A stretch of DNA of 58,761 nucleotides, taken from the IMG/VR virus record IMGVR_UViG_3300031612_000001; one strand, 5' to 3'. This stretch comes from an uncultured virus (IMG/VR IMGVR_UViG_3300031612_000001) (Duplodnaviria; Heunggongvirae; Uroviricota; Caudoviricetes). Under the pieces are notes generated by a model. It was given only the letters and a program-made list of their open reading frames with translations, made no database searches and had not been told where the DNA came from. This document shows, piece by piece, positions 1-9,663 of the stretch. The position numbers were made by a program, and so were the translations under genes. Position 1 is the first letter of the stretch, and the number at the start of each line of letters is the position of its first letter.

Positions 1-414
1 CCTTATAGAGGTCAATTAACAGATAAGAAAGAAGCCTTATATAATGCTATGAAGATTAATCCAAAGCAAAAGAAAATCCTAGCATCTTATATGACATCAG
101 GAAATATTGTAGGTAAGTATGCTGGTTCAATGGCTGGTAGTCATAAAGAAACTAAAAAATATCAAGGCATGAAAAACTTTAAAGAACATTATAATATAAT
201 TAATGAAAGAAACTTTAAAGCTACTTTAGATTATGATATGGGTGATCCGAGAGATAATCAAGATGACTGGCAAGACGATGGAGTCTTTATCGATACTTGG
301 GATAAAAGAGAAGGCCAATTAGTGGTCACAAGTACAGATAAAAGAGGTTTAGAAAAATGGTTGGTAGATGTTTACGGTTTAGATAAAAAGACTGTAAAAG
401 GATTAGTTAAATAA
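1..414 (+). CDS. 5'-truncated putative capsid-internal/modular protein
   Basis: Frame is open from base 1, so the true start is probably outside the window. Internal MKNFKEHYNIINE at 169 resembles a T4 capsid-targeting sequence. C-terminal domain resembles part of 710..1951. Confidence 0.45.
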   Translation, partial: PYRGQLTDKKEALYNAMKINPKQKKILASYMTSGNIVGKYAGSMAGSHKETKKYQGMKNFKEHYNIINERNFKATLDYDMGDPRDNQDDWQDDGVFIDTWDKREGQLVVTSTDKRGLEKWLVDVYGLDKKTVKGLVK

Positions 415-698
415 TGGCAAGAGTGACTCAAACAGATAGATTAGATAGAATTGAAGATAAACTCGATCGACTATCTGATGCTATTATATCACTCGCACGA
501 GCTGAAGAAAAGCTCATGGGATTAGAAAAATTCGTTCATCAACAAATGGAAATGTTGGTTGATGGGCAAAGGCGATTAGAACTGGTAGAAAAGAAAGTTT
601 CAGAAAATGGAACTACTATTAATATAATCAATAAAATATTCTGGATAGTTATGGCTGCAGCCGCAACCGCTGTCACTGGAATGATAATACTGCAATAA
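414..698 (+). CDS. Coiled-coil protein with C-terminal TM helix (XhlA/holin-like architecture)
   Basis: Heptad-like RLDRIEDKLDRLSDAI followed by hydrophobic IFWIVMAAAATAVTGMIIL. Confidence 0.45.
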   Translation: MARVTQTDRLDRIEDKLDRLSDAIISLARAEEKLMGLEKFVHQQMEMLVDGQRRLELVEKKVSENGTTINIINKIFWIVMAAAATAVTGMIILQ

Positions 699-709
699 AG
701 GAGAAAACT

Positions 710-1951
710 ATGAAATTGCAAGATAAAGAAACTCTAAGTGTTGCTGACGCTGTCAAGAATGTCTTAGAGAACAAGAAAGCCGTTAACGAAATGGATCCAA
801 AAGATCACGTTACGAAAGACGGTGACTCATATGTAGTCAAAAAGAATGATGGTACGGTAATGAAATCGTTTGATTCAGAAGAGGAAGCATCAGCTTGGGC
901 AACTAAGAATCATGATGCCATAATGAAAGAATCAGAAGAGCCTAATAAACCTAGTAAGAAGAATGGCCCAGCAACTGGAGAAGATGACTTTGATAAGAAG
1001 CATAAGATCAAGAAAACTGGTGCTAACGACAAAGGCGAAGTTAGTGCTGAAGGTACTTTACCACCAGCTCTTCAAAAGGCTATTGATAAAAAGAACGGTA
1101 AGAAAACTGACGACGAAGACGAAGTAGAAGAAGGCATTGAAAAAGAAGGTAATAAATTTACTGGTGCTTTAAATGCTGCTCGTAAGAATGGCGATAAAAC
1201 ATTCGTAGTCTCTGGTAAGAAGTATACTGTTTCTGAGTATGACGATAAAGAAGATGAAGACGAAGATGAACTAGACGAAGCTAAGAAAGCTGGCAAAGGA
1301 AAAGTTACTATTGATGTAGATTACAGTGGTGATACAACTGATGCTAAGAATGCTGAGAAAAAGTTCAAGCTTAAAATTAAAATGCGTGGTAGAGGAACTG
1401 CTGACGTAACTGGTGATAAAGCTAATATCGTTAAATGGCTAAAAAGCGACATGTATGGTATGGACCAAGATGATATCGAAGATATCTTCGCGAATCTATT
1501 TGAAGATACTGTCAATGAAGATCAAAAAGCGTATCAAGCTTTCTTCGCAAAAGCTCTTAAGAAGTTTGGTGTTAGTAACCCAGCTGAATTAAAAGGCGAC
1601 AAGAAGAAAGAATTCTTTGATTACGTAGATGCTAACTATAACTCTAAAGCTGAAAAAGGCACTGACGGAGTTAAAGAAGGTATTAGTGATGTAATTGGTA
1701 AAGTCAAAGATAAAGTCAAAGGTGTTGATAGAGATAAAATCAAGAAAATTAATCTAAAAATTAATGCTCTTGTTGATAAAGATAGAGAAGCTCAAGCTAA
1801 ACTTAAAGCTGCAGAACAAAATGACTCTTTATCTGATGAAGAATTTGATAAAAAGGAATCTTTCTACAACGAAGTAATGGCCAATATTGGAAAAGAAATC
1901 AGTCAGCTAAAAGATTCACTTAAAAAGGCTAGAGCCGGTAGGAGAGGATAA
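710..1951 (+). CDS. Highly charged modular protein, probable prohead core/internal head protein
   Basis: SD AAGGAG; K/E/D-rich; repeated (V/I/L)-x-E motifs between modules, resembling gp21 protease sites. Confidence 0.5.
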   Translation: MKLQDKETLSVADAVKNVLENKKAVNEMDPKDHVTKDGDSYVVKKNDGTVMKSFDSEEEASAWATKNHDAIMKESEEPNKPSKKNGPATGEDDFDKKHKIKKTGANDKGEVSAEGTLPPALQKAIDKKNGKKTDDEDEVEEGIEKEGNKFTGALNAARKNGDKTFVVSGKKYTVSEYDDKEDEDEDELDEAKKAGKGKVTIDVDYSGDTTDAKNAEKKFKLKIKMRGRGTADVTGDKANIVKWLKSDMYGMDQDDIEDIFANLFEDTVNEDQKAYQAFFAKALKKFGVSNPAELKGDKKKEFFDYVDANYNSKAEKGTDGVKEGISDVIGKVKDKVKGVDRDKIKKINLKINALVDKDREAQAKLKAAEQNDSLSDEEFDKKESFYNEVMANIGKEISQLKDSLKKARAGRRG

Positions 1952-1952
1952 G

Positions 1953-2315
1953 ATGAAAACATTTGCAGAAATTAGAAATCATGTTACTGAAGGTGTAAAA
2001 GATCTTAAAAACTTTAAGAATAAAAACCGTAAAGCTGAAGCTTCAATGACCATTGAGATAGTTAAAGGTAATACCTCTAATAAGTTTGATGATGACTTTG
2101 GATTCAATCAAGCTGAAATGAGTGCTATGGATAAAGTTATTAGTAAAGTTAAGTCTATGCATATATCTAGCTTTGATGGTGGAGAAGGAGCTCCTGCATC
2201 TTTAGAATTTTATGGTGATAAGACTTCACTTGATACGTTTTTGAAAGATTCAAGTGTAGTAAAAACTATGAAGAAATATAAAGCTAAAGTCAACGGCCCG
2301 TATATAAACAAGTAG
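1953..2315 (+). CDS. Putative internal head protein
   Basis: N-terminus MKTFAEIRNHVTE resembles the T4 IP capsid-targeting leader MKTYQEFIAE. Confidence 0.5.
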   Translation: MKTFAEIRNHVTEGVKDLKNFKNKNRKAEASMTIEIVKGNTSNKFDDDFGFNQAEMSAMDKVISKVKSMHISSFDGGEGAPASLEFYGDKTSLDTFLKDSSVVKTMKKYKAKVNGPYINK

Positions 2316-2343
2316 GTTAACCTTACGGGTTATATATATTATT

Positions 2344-2715
2344 ATGGACACTAAATTTGAAACGCTGACTAATAAAAACTTTGATCTCTTCGCAGCAAAG
2401 AGTTATAACAATCCAGAATGTATGGATGTTGAAGAGTTTAAAGATGATTTAAAACGGTTTAAGTATTTAAAGCGCTTGTTAAGAAGATATGCTGATCATG
2501 GTGATCTTCAAGAGCGCTTAATCTTAAACCATTTAATCGTAATATACAATGTATTCGGAATAGAAGCCGCTAATAAGATGGTATGGTTTAAAGTAGAAGA
2601 TGAACACTATCATTATATTAAACCATTCTTAATATTTCTACATTTTTTACCAGTGAGTGAATATGTTGAAATAGGAATGGACGAACCAATAGTAGATGTA
2701 CTAAGGAAACTATGA
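2344..2715 (+). CDS. Conserved T4-like phage hypothetical protein
   Basis: LFAAKSYNNP..EEFKDDLKRFKYLKRLL..LILNHLIVIYNVFG pattern recalled from marine T4-like phages. Confidence 0.65.
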   Translation: MDTKFETLTNKNFDLFAAKSYNNPECMDVEEFKDDLKRFKYLKRLLRRYADHGDLQERLILNHLIVIYNVFGIEAANKMVWFKVEDEHYHYIKPFLIFLHFLPVSEYVEIGMDEPIVDVLRKL

Positions 2716-3329
2716 ACCTAAAAAAGAGTCCGACACTAAGCGAAGGCTTGCTCTCTAGAGCAGGTGATATCTTTTATGCGTTTCGTTTCTTAAAGCTTTT
2801 AGTTACTCCATGGGAGAAAATGAAAGCATTTGATTATGGTATTATTGACAAGAAAGGAAAGAAGATTAAGAAGCCAGAACTTCCTGCTGAGAAATCAGCC
2901 TATACTATCTTTCATAGATTAGTATTCAATGTCAAAAGATTAATAAATTTAGTACCAGGTGGTGTAGCTAATAAGATAGCTTCATACGCTACTGCGTTAT
3001 TTTTAATTAAAGAAGAGACAGGAATGTCAGAAAAGCAAATTAAAAATATAATGAGTAAAATGGAAGGAGAAGATTGGGATCAGTTACAGATTGAAGAATC
3101 GAAATGGTTTCAAAACGAACTTGGTCAGCTCAATCCTGGAACCTATATGCTTGTAAGAGACATCGCATCTCCAATTACTGGTGATATGATTGGTCTCAAA
3201 AAATCAAAGGTGGTTGTAGAAGACGTAACTGACCCCTATGATAATTTCCTAGGTTGTTCTGTTTATAAGGTGAAACACGCTTTAACTAAACAAGACCTAT
3301 TTATCACTAACCACGACATTATCCGATAG
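2712..3329 (+). CDS. Conserved T4-like phage hypothetical protein
   Basis: YAFRFLKLLVTPW..AF..GIID..G..SAYT.FHRLVFN.KR motif; overlaps upstream stop. Confidence 0.6.
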   Translation: MNLKKSPTLSEGLLSRAGDIFYAFRFLKLLVTPWEKMKAFDYGIIDKKGKKIKKPELPAEKSAYTIFHRLVFNVKRLINLVPGGVANKIASYATALFLIKEETGMSEKQIKNIMSKMEGEDWDQLQIEESKWFQNELGQLNPGTYMLVRDIASPITGDMIGLKKSKVVVEDVTDPYDNFLGCSVYKVKHALTKQDLFITNHDIIR

Positions 3330-3350
3330 TGTTCTATTATATATAATAAT

Positions 3351-3503
3351 ATGAAGTTAAAAACATTTAAAATGTGGGAAATGGCAGCCAATTCAGTTGG
3401 TGGTGGTGGCGTATCGATGCCAGCAGATGCTCAATACGACAAGAAGAAAAAGAAAAATATAATGCTGAAGCGAGAGAAATTAAAAAATGTCCAAGGTAAT
3501 TGA
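3351..3503 (+). CDS. Small hypothetical protein, 50 aa (not in ORF track)
   Basis: MKLKTFKMWEMAANSVGGGGVSMP...; fills the gap and is preceded by TATATATA-N5. Confidence 0.55.
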   Translation: MKLKTFKMWEMAANSVGGGGVSMPADAQYDKKKKKNIMLKREKLKNVQGN

Positions 3504-3753
3504 TTGGTTTAAAAAAGCACCAGGTTGGTGTAAACGAGCTTGGATATGGATCAAATCATGGTTCATTACATATCATACAGTAACAGTATCATATAACGCA
3601 ATATACGGTGACGCAGACGACCAAGTCTTTGAAAACGTCCCAAAAATAATAACAGAAAAAGAAAAGATTTTAGTCTTCATAGATGACGAAGGCCGAAGAG
3701 TGAAATTCGCTGGAGCGGATGGACTGAACTATAAGATAGAGGAACAAGATTAA
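3487..3753 (+). CDS. Hypothetical protein
   Basis: Coupled ORF with Trp-rich amphipathic N-terminus. Confidence 0.55.
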   Translation: MSKVIDWFKKAPGWCKRAWIWIKSWFITYHTVTVSYNAIYGDADDQVFENVPKIITEKEKILVFIDDEGRRVKFAGADGLNYKIEEQD

Positions 3754-4136
3754 TGCAACAATTATTAATTGGAATTATATTAGTATTAGGTCTAGGAGGT
3801 TATTGGTTATACCAAGAAAACCAAACACTAGCATCTAATAACATAGCACTGGAAGGTGCAGTAGCTGAACAAAAAGCTACGATGGTGGCTATACGAGAAG
3901 CCTTTGAAAAACAAGGCAATGCCCTACAGAATATGAGTAGAGTGAATGCCGAAATTGAAGCTGAGAAAGCAGAATACCTAGCGATATTCGGAAGGCACAA
4001 TTTGGATATGTTAGCTATAAAGAAACCTGGACTAATGCAGAATAGGTTTAATTCAGCTAGTGAAAATGTTATGGAGGGATTAGAAGATGACACTAAAAAA
4101 TTATACAGTATTGACACTCCTACTAGTACTGACTAG
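3753..4136 (+). CDS. i-spanin (Rz-like)
   Basis: N-terminal TM anchor plus helical coiled coil; overlaps downstream lipoprotein gene. Confidence 0.65.
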   Translation: MQQLLIGIILVLGLGGYWLYQENQTLASNNIALEGAVAEQKATMVAIREAFEKQGNALQNMSRVNAEIEAEKAEYLAIFGRHNLDMLAIKKPGLMQNRFNSASENVMEGLEDDTKKLYSIDTPTSTD

Positions 4137-4587
4137 TGGTTGTTCTTTATTAGGAACAAAAAATATAGAGATCGTCGCTAAGCCGATTGAAATAGAAATC
4201 ATGCAGCCTGGATTACCAAGGCCTGTTGATCTTACAGCACCTAATTGGTATGTAGTATCAGAAGCAAAGATTGCAAATCCATGCGTTAAGGTTGGAGATA
4301 AAAGACCTAAAGCATGTGCTAAAGAAGATACACAGAATCCAGAATGGCCTGTAGGATATACCTACTTAGACAGATTCATAGATGAAATGAAAGAACAAAA
4401 TAACGGAGAAGTTGTTTTCGTTGCTACTACAATAGGTGACTATAAAGTAATGGCGGAAGATATGCAAGAACTAAAAAGATATATCAAACAACTTGGAGAA
4501 GTAGTAGTATACTATAGAGATGTAACAATGTCCGATGGCCAAAAGGGTATCGGCGCGCAAATTGAGGTGAATAAAGATGGGAACTAG
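4087..4587 (+). CDS. o-spanin (Rz1-like lipoprotein)
   Basis: Lipobox LTSG-C, Pro-rich segment, C-terminal QELKRYIKQ..VVVYYR. Confidence 0.65.
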   Translation: MTLKNYTVLTLLLVLTSGCSLLGTKNIEIVAKPIEIEIMQPGLPRPVDLTAPNWYVVSEAKIANPCVKVGDKRPKACAKEDTQNPEWPVGYTYLDRFIDEMKEQNNGEVVFVATTIGDYKVMAEDMQELKRYIKQLGEVVVYYRDVTMSDGQKGIGAQIEVNKDGN

Positions 4588-5332
4588 GATAAAAGAAATG
4601 GGCCAATGGGACAGAGCAAGCATAGCAGCTAAGCTAGCAGCGAATGCATATAAAACAGAAGCACAAGCAAAAGCCGCTACTAAGAAATTAGGATTTCCAT
4701 GGTGTAAGCTTATATCCAGAGATGGCGCTGAATGCTTAGTAGTAAAAGATCGTAATGATTTATGGTTTGCGTTTAGAGGTACAGAACCTTCAAAGATTAA
4801 TGATGTCATGGCTGATCTTAATGTTATCAAAGGCGCGGCAATGGCAGGCGGTAAAGTTCATAGTGGATTCCAGAAAGAAGTGAATGACTTATGGATGGAT
4901 GTATTGGCAGAAATAGAACATAACGACCAATTAAAGGTTAGAAAAGATGTGTATATGACTGGTCATTCTCTAGGTGCTGCAATGGCAACTATAGCTGCAA
5001 CTCGTTATACACCTATTGAATTGTTTACATTCGGATCTCCAAGAGTTGGTGGACCAAAATTCATTAGAAATATTAAGTGTCCTCATTTTAGATTCATGAA
5101 CAATAACGATATCGTATGTAGGATTCCACCAGCATGGTTAGGATTCACACATCACGGTGAAATGATTTACTTTGATAGTGATGGCAATAAAGCAACTGGT
5201 CCATCTTGGAAAGATGCATTTAAAGGAATATTAAACTCTTGGAAAAGATTTAAATTCTTTGACGGTATTGTCGATCACGGCATGCCCAACTATGTAAGAG
5301 CAATAGCAAAACTTAATAAGATTAAAGATTAA
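4577..5332 (+). CDS. Class 3 lipase (alpha/beta hydrolase)
   Basis: AFRGTE, VHSGF, TGHSLGAAMA nucleophile elbow, TFGSPRVG, NNNDIV..IP, C-terminal DH. Confidence 0.9.
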   Translation: MGTRIKEMGQWDRASIAAKLAANAYKTEAQAKAATKKLGFPWCKLISRDGAECLVVKDRNDLWFAFRGTEPSKINDVMADLNVIKGAAMAGGKVHSGFQKEVNDLWMDVLAEIEHNDQLKVRKDVYMTGHSLGAAMATIAATRYTPIELFTFGSPRVGGPKFIRNIKCPHFRFMNNNDIVCRIPPAWLGFTHHGEMIYFDSDGNKATGPSWKDAFKGILNSWKRFKFFDGIVDHGMPNYVRAIAKLNKIKD

Positions 5333-5703
5333 TGTATTTCTTATTGATACTATCTCTTAAGTCAATACTATCATCAGTGATTGGTAGTTCTTTCTACAAC
5401 TGGTTTGAAAAAACCACTATGGGTATATGGTTTCAAGCGAAACTAGATGCTTTCCTGCAGCATTATGCAGAGAAATACGATTTGGAAGTGGCTAAGAAAG
5501 ATGCAAAATTTAGAAAACAATATCCGATACAAGCTGAAAGGTTAGACCATCTAGAATCTCATTGCCATCCTAAATGTGGCATAGAAGGATTTGATGGGTA
5601 TATTCCACTTATAGATAGAATAGAATCTTTAGAAGAAGATCTAAATACTCTATGGGATATCCATCTCAAAGAGATTGGAAATCACTTAAAGAAAAAGAAA
5701 TAA
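5332..5703 (+). CDS. Hypothetical membrane-anchored protein
   Basis: Hydrophobic N-terminus; coupled to lipase stop. Confidence 0.5.
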   Translation: MYFLLILSLKSILSSVIGSSFYNWFEKTTMGIWFQAKLDAFLQHYAEKYDLEVAKKDAKFRKQYPIQAERLDHLESHCHPKCGIEGFDGYIPLIDRIESLEEDLNTLWDIHLKEIGNHLKKKK

Positions 5704-5706
5704 ACC

Positions 5707-5735
5707 TTTACAATAGCACATAACTGTGTTATAAT
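5707..5735 (+). promoter_or_regulatory. Sigma70-like early promoter
   Basis: TTTACA-N17-TATAAT with extended TG, upstream of nrdA. Confidence 0.75.
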
Positions 5736-5748
5736 ATAACTTAATATT

Positions 5749-8052
5749 ATGAATGGAATACAAACAACAATGATACACGTCACTAAAAGAGACGGCACAC
5801 TCCAAGATTTCGATTTAGAAAAAGTACATAAAGTCCTTGAATGGGCTACTGATGGTGTTACATCGGTGTCACAATCTGAAATAGAAATTCGTGCCAACAT
5901 ACAACTATACGATAAGATACCAGCTTATGATATCCATGAGTTACTTATTAAAAGCGCTGCTGAGCTTATATCTGAGCACACACCTAACTATCAATACGTT
6001 GCCTCAAGATTAATATCTTATAAGCTTCGTAAAGAAGTATACGGAGATTTTACACCTAAACCACTAGTTGAAATTGTAATTGATAATGTCGATCGTGGTG
6101 TATACGATGGTGATATCATGACTCATTATACAAGAGATGAGCTTGAAGAGCTAGGTACCTATATTAAACACGATAGAGATGATACGTTTACATATGCAGG
6201 TATGGAACAATTTCGTGGTAAGTATTTAGTACAAGATAGAAGGACTAAGCAATGTTTCGAAACACCTCAAATATTATATATGATGGTAGCCGCAACGTTG
6301 TTTGCCAACGAAAAAGAAAATAGATTAGCATGGGTAAAACATTATTATGACGCGATTAGTCAATTTTATATCTCGCTCCCTACGCCAATCATGGCAGGTG
6401 TTAGAACGCCAACTAGGCAATTTTCATCTTGTGTACTTATTGAGTCTGGAGACAGTTTGGATTCCATTAATGCTACTAGTACTAGCATTGTTAAGTATAT
6501 AAGTAAAAAAGCAGGTATAGGTATAGGTGCTGGCTCAATAAGAGGAGCTGGAGCAAGAGTAGGAGATGGATCAGTAGTTCATACTGGTCTTATTCCATTC
6601 CTTAAATATTTTCAATCAGCTGTTAAGTCATGTTCACAAGGTGGTGTTCGTGGTGGTGCGGCAACGGTATATCTTCCAGTATGGCATTACGAGTTTGAAG
6701 ACCTAGTAGTATTAAAGAATAATAAAGGTACTGAAGAGAATCGTGTAAGACATATGGATTATGCATTTCAGTTTAATAAACTAATGTACGAACGTTTGTT
6801 GACTGGTGGTAATATTACATTCTTTGATCCACACGATGTTCCTGGTTTATACGAAGCATTCTTTGCAGATCAAGAAAAGTTTAAAGAACTATACGAAAGA
6901 TATGAAAGAGCTTATAGCATAAGAAAGAAAACAATGCCAGCTTTAGAAGTATTTCAAAAGATACTTACAGAAAGAAAAGATACTGGTAGAATTTATATAA
7001 TGAATGTCGATCATGCGAATGAGCATGGTGCATTTGATGTAAAGAAAGCTCCTATTAGAATGAGTAACTTATGTTGCGAAATAGATCTACCCACTAAACC
7101 TTTAGAATCATATGATGATGAAAACGGAGAGATCTCTTTATGTACTTTATCAGCCATTAATTGGGGATTGATAGATGATACAAAAGACTTTGAAAAGTAT
7201 TGTACACTAGCAGTAAGAGCATTAGATAACCTATTAGATTATCAAGAGTATCCAATCAAAGCAGCAGAAAGATCTACTATGAATCGTAGACCACTAGGCA
7301 TAGGTATAATCAACCTAGCGTATTTCCTTGCTAAGAGAGGATTAAAGTATAATGAAGGAGCTCATGAGATCATTGATGAGTATGCAGAGGCATGGTCATA
7401 TTACTTAATTAAAGCTTCTGCTGAATTAGCTGAAGAAAAAGGTGCATGTTTATTAAATAATGAGACAAAATATGCCAGTGGAGACCTTCCAAATGATACA
7501 TATAAGAGTGCAGTAGATAATTTAGTAAAACGTAAATCTACATTACCATGGGACACGCTGAGAAGCTCTCTAGTAGAACATGGAATTAGAAACTCTACGT
7601 TAATGGCATTAATGCCAGCAGAAACATCTGCACAAATTTCTAATAGTACGAATGGTATAGAACCACCTCGTGCATTGGTTAGTTATAAACAGAGTAAAGA
7701 TGGAGTGATGGCTCAGGTAGTTCCTGGTTATCATCATCTTAAGAATAAGTATGACCTATTGTGGGACCAAAAGTCTCCTGAAGGTTATATAAAGATCTGT
7801 GCTATACTTCAGAAATATATAGATCAGGGAATAAGTGTTAACACATCTTATAATCCTGAACACTTCGAGGATAACAAAGTTCCTATGTCTTTAATGATTA
7901 AAGATTTAGTAATGGCTTATCAATTTGGTTTAAAACAATTGTATTACTTTAATACTTATGATGGATCTGTCGATGTCAACGTTAAAGACGATCTACCAGA
8001 GTTAGAGCAAGCAAACATAGATGAAGAGGACTGCGATAGTTGTAAAATATGA
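5749..8052 (+). CDS. nrdA: Ribonucleotide reductase class Ia alpha subunit
   Basis: ATP cone VTKRDG, PTPIMAG, QFSSCVLI, SNLCCEI, MPAETS, C-terminal CDSCKI. Confidence 0.98.
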   Translation: MNGIQTTMIHVTKRDGTLQDFDLEKVHKVLEWATDGVTSVSQSEIEIRANIQLYDKIPAYDIHELLIKSAAELISEHTPNYQYVASRLISYKLRKEVYGDFTPKPLVEIVIDNVDRGVYDGDIMTHYTRDELEELGTYIKHDRDDTFTYAGMEQFRGKYLVQDRRTKQCFETPQILYMMVAATLFANEKENRLAWVKHYYDAISQFYISLPTPIMAGVRTPTRQFSSCVLIESGDSLDSINATSTSIVKYISKKAGIGIGAGSIRGAGARVGDGSVVHTGLIPFLKYFQSAVKSCSQGGVRGGAATVYLPVWHYEFEDLVVLKNNKGTEENRVRHMDYAFQFNKLMYERLLTGGNITFFDPHDVPGLYEAFFADQEKFKELYERYERAYSIRKKTMPALEVFQKILTERKDTGRIYIMNVDHANEHGAFDVKKAPIRMSNLCCEIDLPTKPLESYDDENGEISLCTLSAINWGLIDDTKDFEKYCTLAVRALDNLLDYQEYPIKAAERSTMNRRPLGIGIINLAYFLAKRGLKYNEGAHEIIDEYAEAWSYYLIKASAELAEEKGACLLNNETKYASGDLPNDTYKSAVDNLVKRKSTLPWDTLRSSLVEHGIRNSTLMALMPAETSAQISNSTNGIEPPRALVSYKQSKDGVMAQVVPGYHHLKNKYDLLWDQKSPEGYIKICAILQKYIDQGISVNTSYNPEHFEDNKVPMSLMIKDLVMAYQFGLKQLYYFNTYDGSVDVNVKDDLPELEQANIDEEDCDSCKI

Positions 8053-9122
8053 GCATATTAAAAAAGAATAAAAAATCTCACTTAGATAAAATGATGTTTC
8101 TTGATGAACCGGTGGATGTGCAAAGATTTGATATCCTTAAGTACCCAGCACTAGACAAAATAACAGACAAACAATTAGGTTTCTTTTGGAGACCAGAAGA
8201 GGTAGATGTCAGTAGGGACAAAAAAGATTTTGACTTACTTACTGAACATGAACGCCACATCTTTACTTCAAATTTAAAAAGACAAATACTATTAGATAGC
8301 GTCCAAGGGAGGGCACCAAATCTTGCATTTTTACCAATCGCTTCTCTGCCCGAGGTGGAAAATTGGATCGAAACATGGTCATTCTCTGAAACTATCCACT
8401 CTAGATCTTATACACACATCATTAGGAATGTCTATGCTGATCCTTCCACTGTTTTTGACGGTATGCTCGACATAAAAGAAATCTTAGAATGTGGTAATGA
8501 TATCGCAAAATACTATGATGACTTAATTGATTACAATAACTCAGCTTCAAACAAGATGGACCATAAACGTGCACTATGGATGTGTATGAATAGTGCTAAT
8601 GCATTAGAAGGTATTAGGTTCTATGTTTCATTCGCATGTAGTTGGGCATTTGCTGAGCTTAAAAAGATGGAAGGTAATGCTAAAATCATTAAGTTTATTG
8701 CAAGGGATGAGAACGTCCACTTAGCTGCAACTACTACTATGTTAAAAAATATGGTAAAGGAAGATCCAGATTTCGCAAAGTTACAAAAAGAAATGCAACC
8801 TGAAGTAACTAAGTTATTCGTAAAAGTTATTGAGCAAGAAAAAGAATGGGCTAAGTTCTTATTTAAAGATGGTTCAATGATTGGCTTAAACGAAAAACTG
8901 TTATGTGATTATATTGAATGGATTGGTTGTAAACGAATGAGAGCCTTAGGGTTAACATGTCCGTATCATGTATCTAAACTAAATCCGTTGCCATGGACTG
9001 AAAAGTGGATTGGTGGAGGTAACGTTCAAGTTGCTCCTCAAGAAACAGAGATCAGTTCATATGTTGTAGGTGGAGTTAAACAAGACGTAGATGAAACGAC
9101 CTTAGCAGGCCTTTCACTATAG
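8049..9122 (+). CDS. nrdB: Ribonucleotide reductase class Ia beta subunit
   Basis: FFWRPEE, ETIHSRSY, LEGIRFYVSF, IARDENVH, VAPQETEI. Confidence 0.98.
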   Translation: MSILKKNKKSHLDKMMFLDEPVDVQRFDILKYPALDKITDKQLGFFWRPEEVDVSRDKKDFDLLTEHERHIFTSNLKRQILLDSVQGRAPNLAFLPIASLPEVENWIETWSFSETIHSRSYTHIIRNVYADPSTVFDGMLDIKEILECGNDIAKYYDDLIDYNNSASNKMDHKRALWMCMNSANALEGIRFYVSFACSWAFAELKKMEGNAKIIKFIARDENVHLAATTTMLKNMVKEDPDFAKLQKEMQPEVTKLFVKVIEQEKEWAKFLFKDGSMIGLNEKLLCDYIEWIGCKRMRALGLTCPYHVSKLNPLPWTEKWIGGGNVQVAPQETEISSYVVGGVKQDVDETTLAGLSL

Positions 9123-9295
9123 TGGAAAAGAAAATACTACAGATCGTTAATCTATCTCCTAGTGAAGATTGGATAGAAAAAATAACATTAATACATCCAA
9201 TGCGCCAGATATTCTGGGCATCTATATTACAAGTATGCGTATTCGGTGGAATGCTTACGGCGTTTTGGATGATTAACATAGGATTAAAATTATGA
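9122..9295 (+). CDS. Small membrane protein, 57 aa (not in ORF track)
   Basis: GTG start overlapping nrdB stop; MEKKILQIVNLSP...FWASILQVCVFGGMLTAFWMI; stop overlaps grx start. Confidence 0.55.
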   Translation: MEKKILQIVNLSPSEDWIEKITLIHPMRQIFWASILQVCVFGGMLTAFWMINIGLKL

Positions 9296-9522
9296 TAGAA
9301 ATATTTGGAAAAACACAGTGTCCTTACTGTGATAAAGCAAAAGCTTTATGCGAATCTAAAGGATATGAATATACCTATAAACAGTTAGATAAAGATTTTA
9401 CTAAGAGAGAACTATTTCAAGAATTCCCTACGGCAAGAACGTTTCCACAGATTAGAATAGATGGTGAAGCTATAGGCGGTTACGATAACTTTAAAGATTG
9501 GAGCTCTGTTCCAAATGAATGA
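9292..9522 (+). CDS. grx: Glutaredoxin
   Basis: CPYC active site, TFPQI, IGGY. Confidence 0.95.
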   Translation: MIEIFGKTQCPYCDKAKALCESKGYEYTYKQLDKDFTKRELFQEFPTARTFPQIRIDGEAIGGYDNFKDWSSVPNE

Positions 9523-9652
9523 GATAACACATCACTGTGAATTCTGTTTCGAAATAACAAAAATAGTATTTACTGACTATCAACCCGAGAATGTATATTG
9601 TCCTTGTTGTGGAACCGCAGTTGAAGATATAGACGACCTAGATTTTGACTAA
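9515..9652 (+). CDS. Small zinc-ribbon protein, 45 aa (not in ORF track)
   Basis: CEFC...CPCCG with acidic tail. Confidence 0.6.
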   Translation: MNEITHHCEFCFEITKIVFTDYQPENVYCPCCGTAVEDIDDLDFD

Positions 9653-9663
9653 TAAATAGATCT

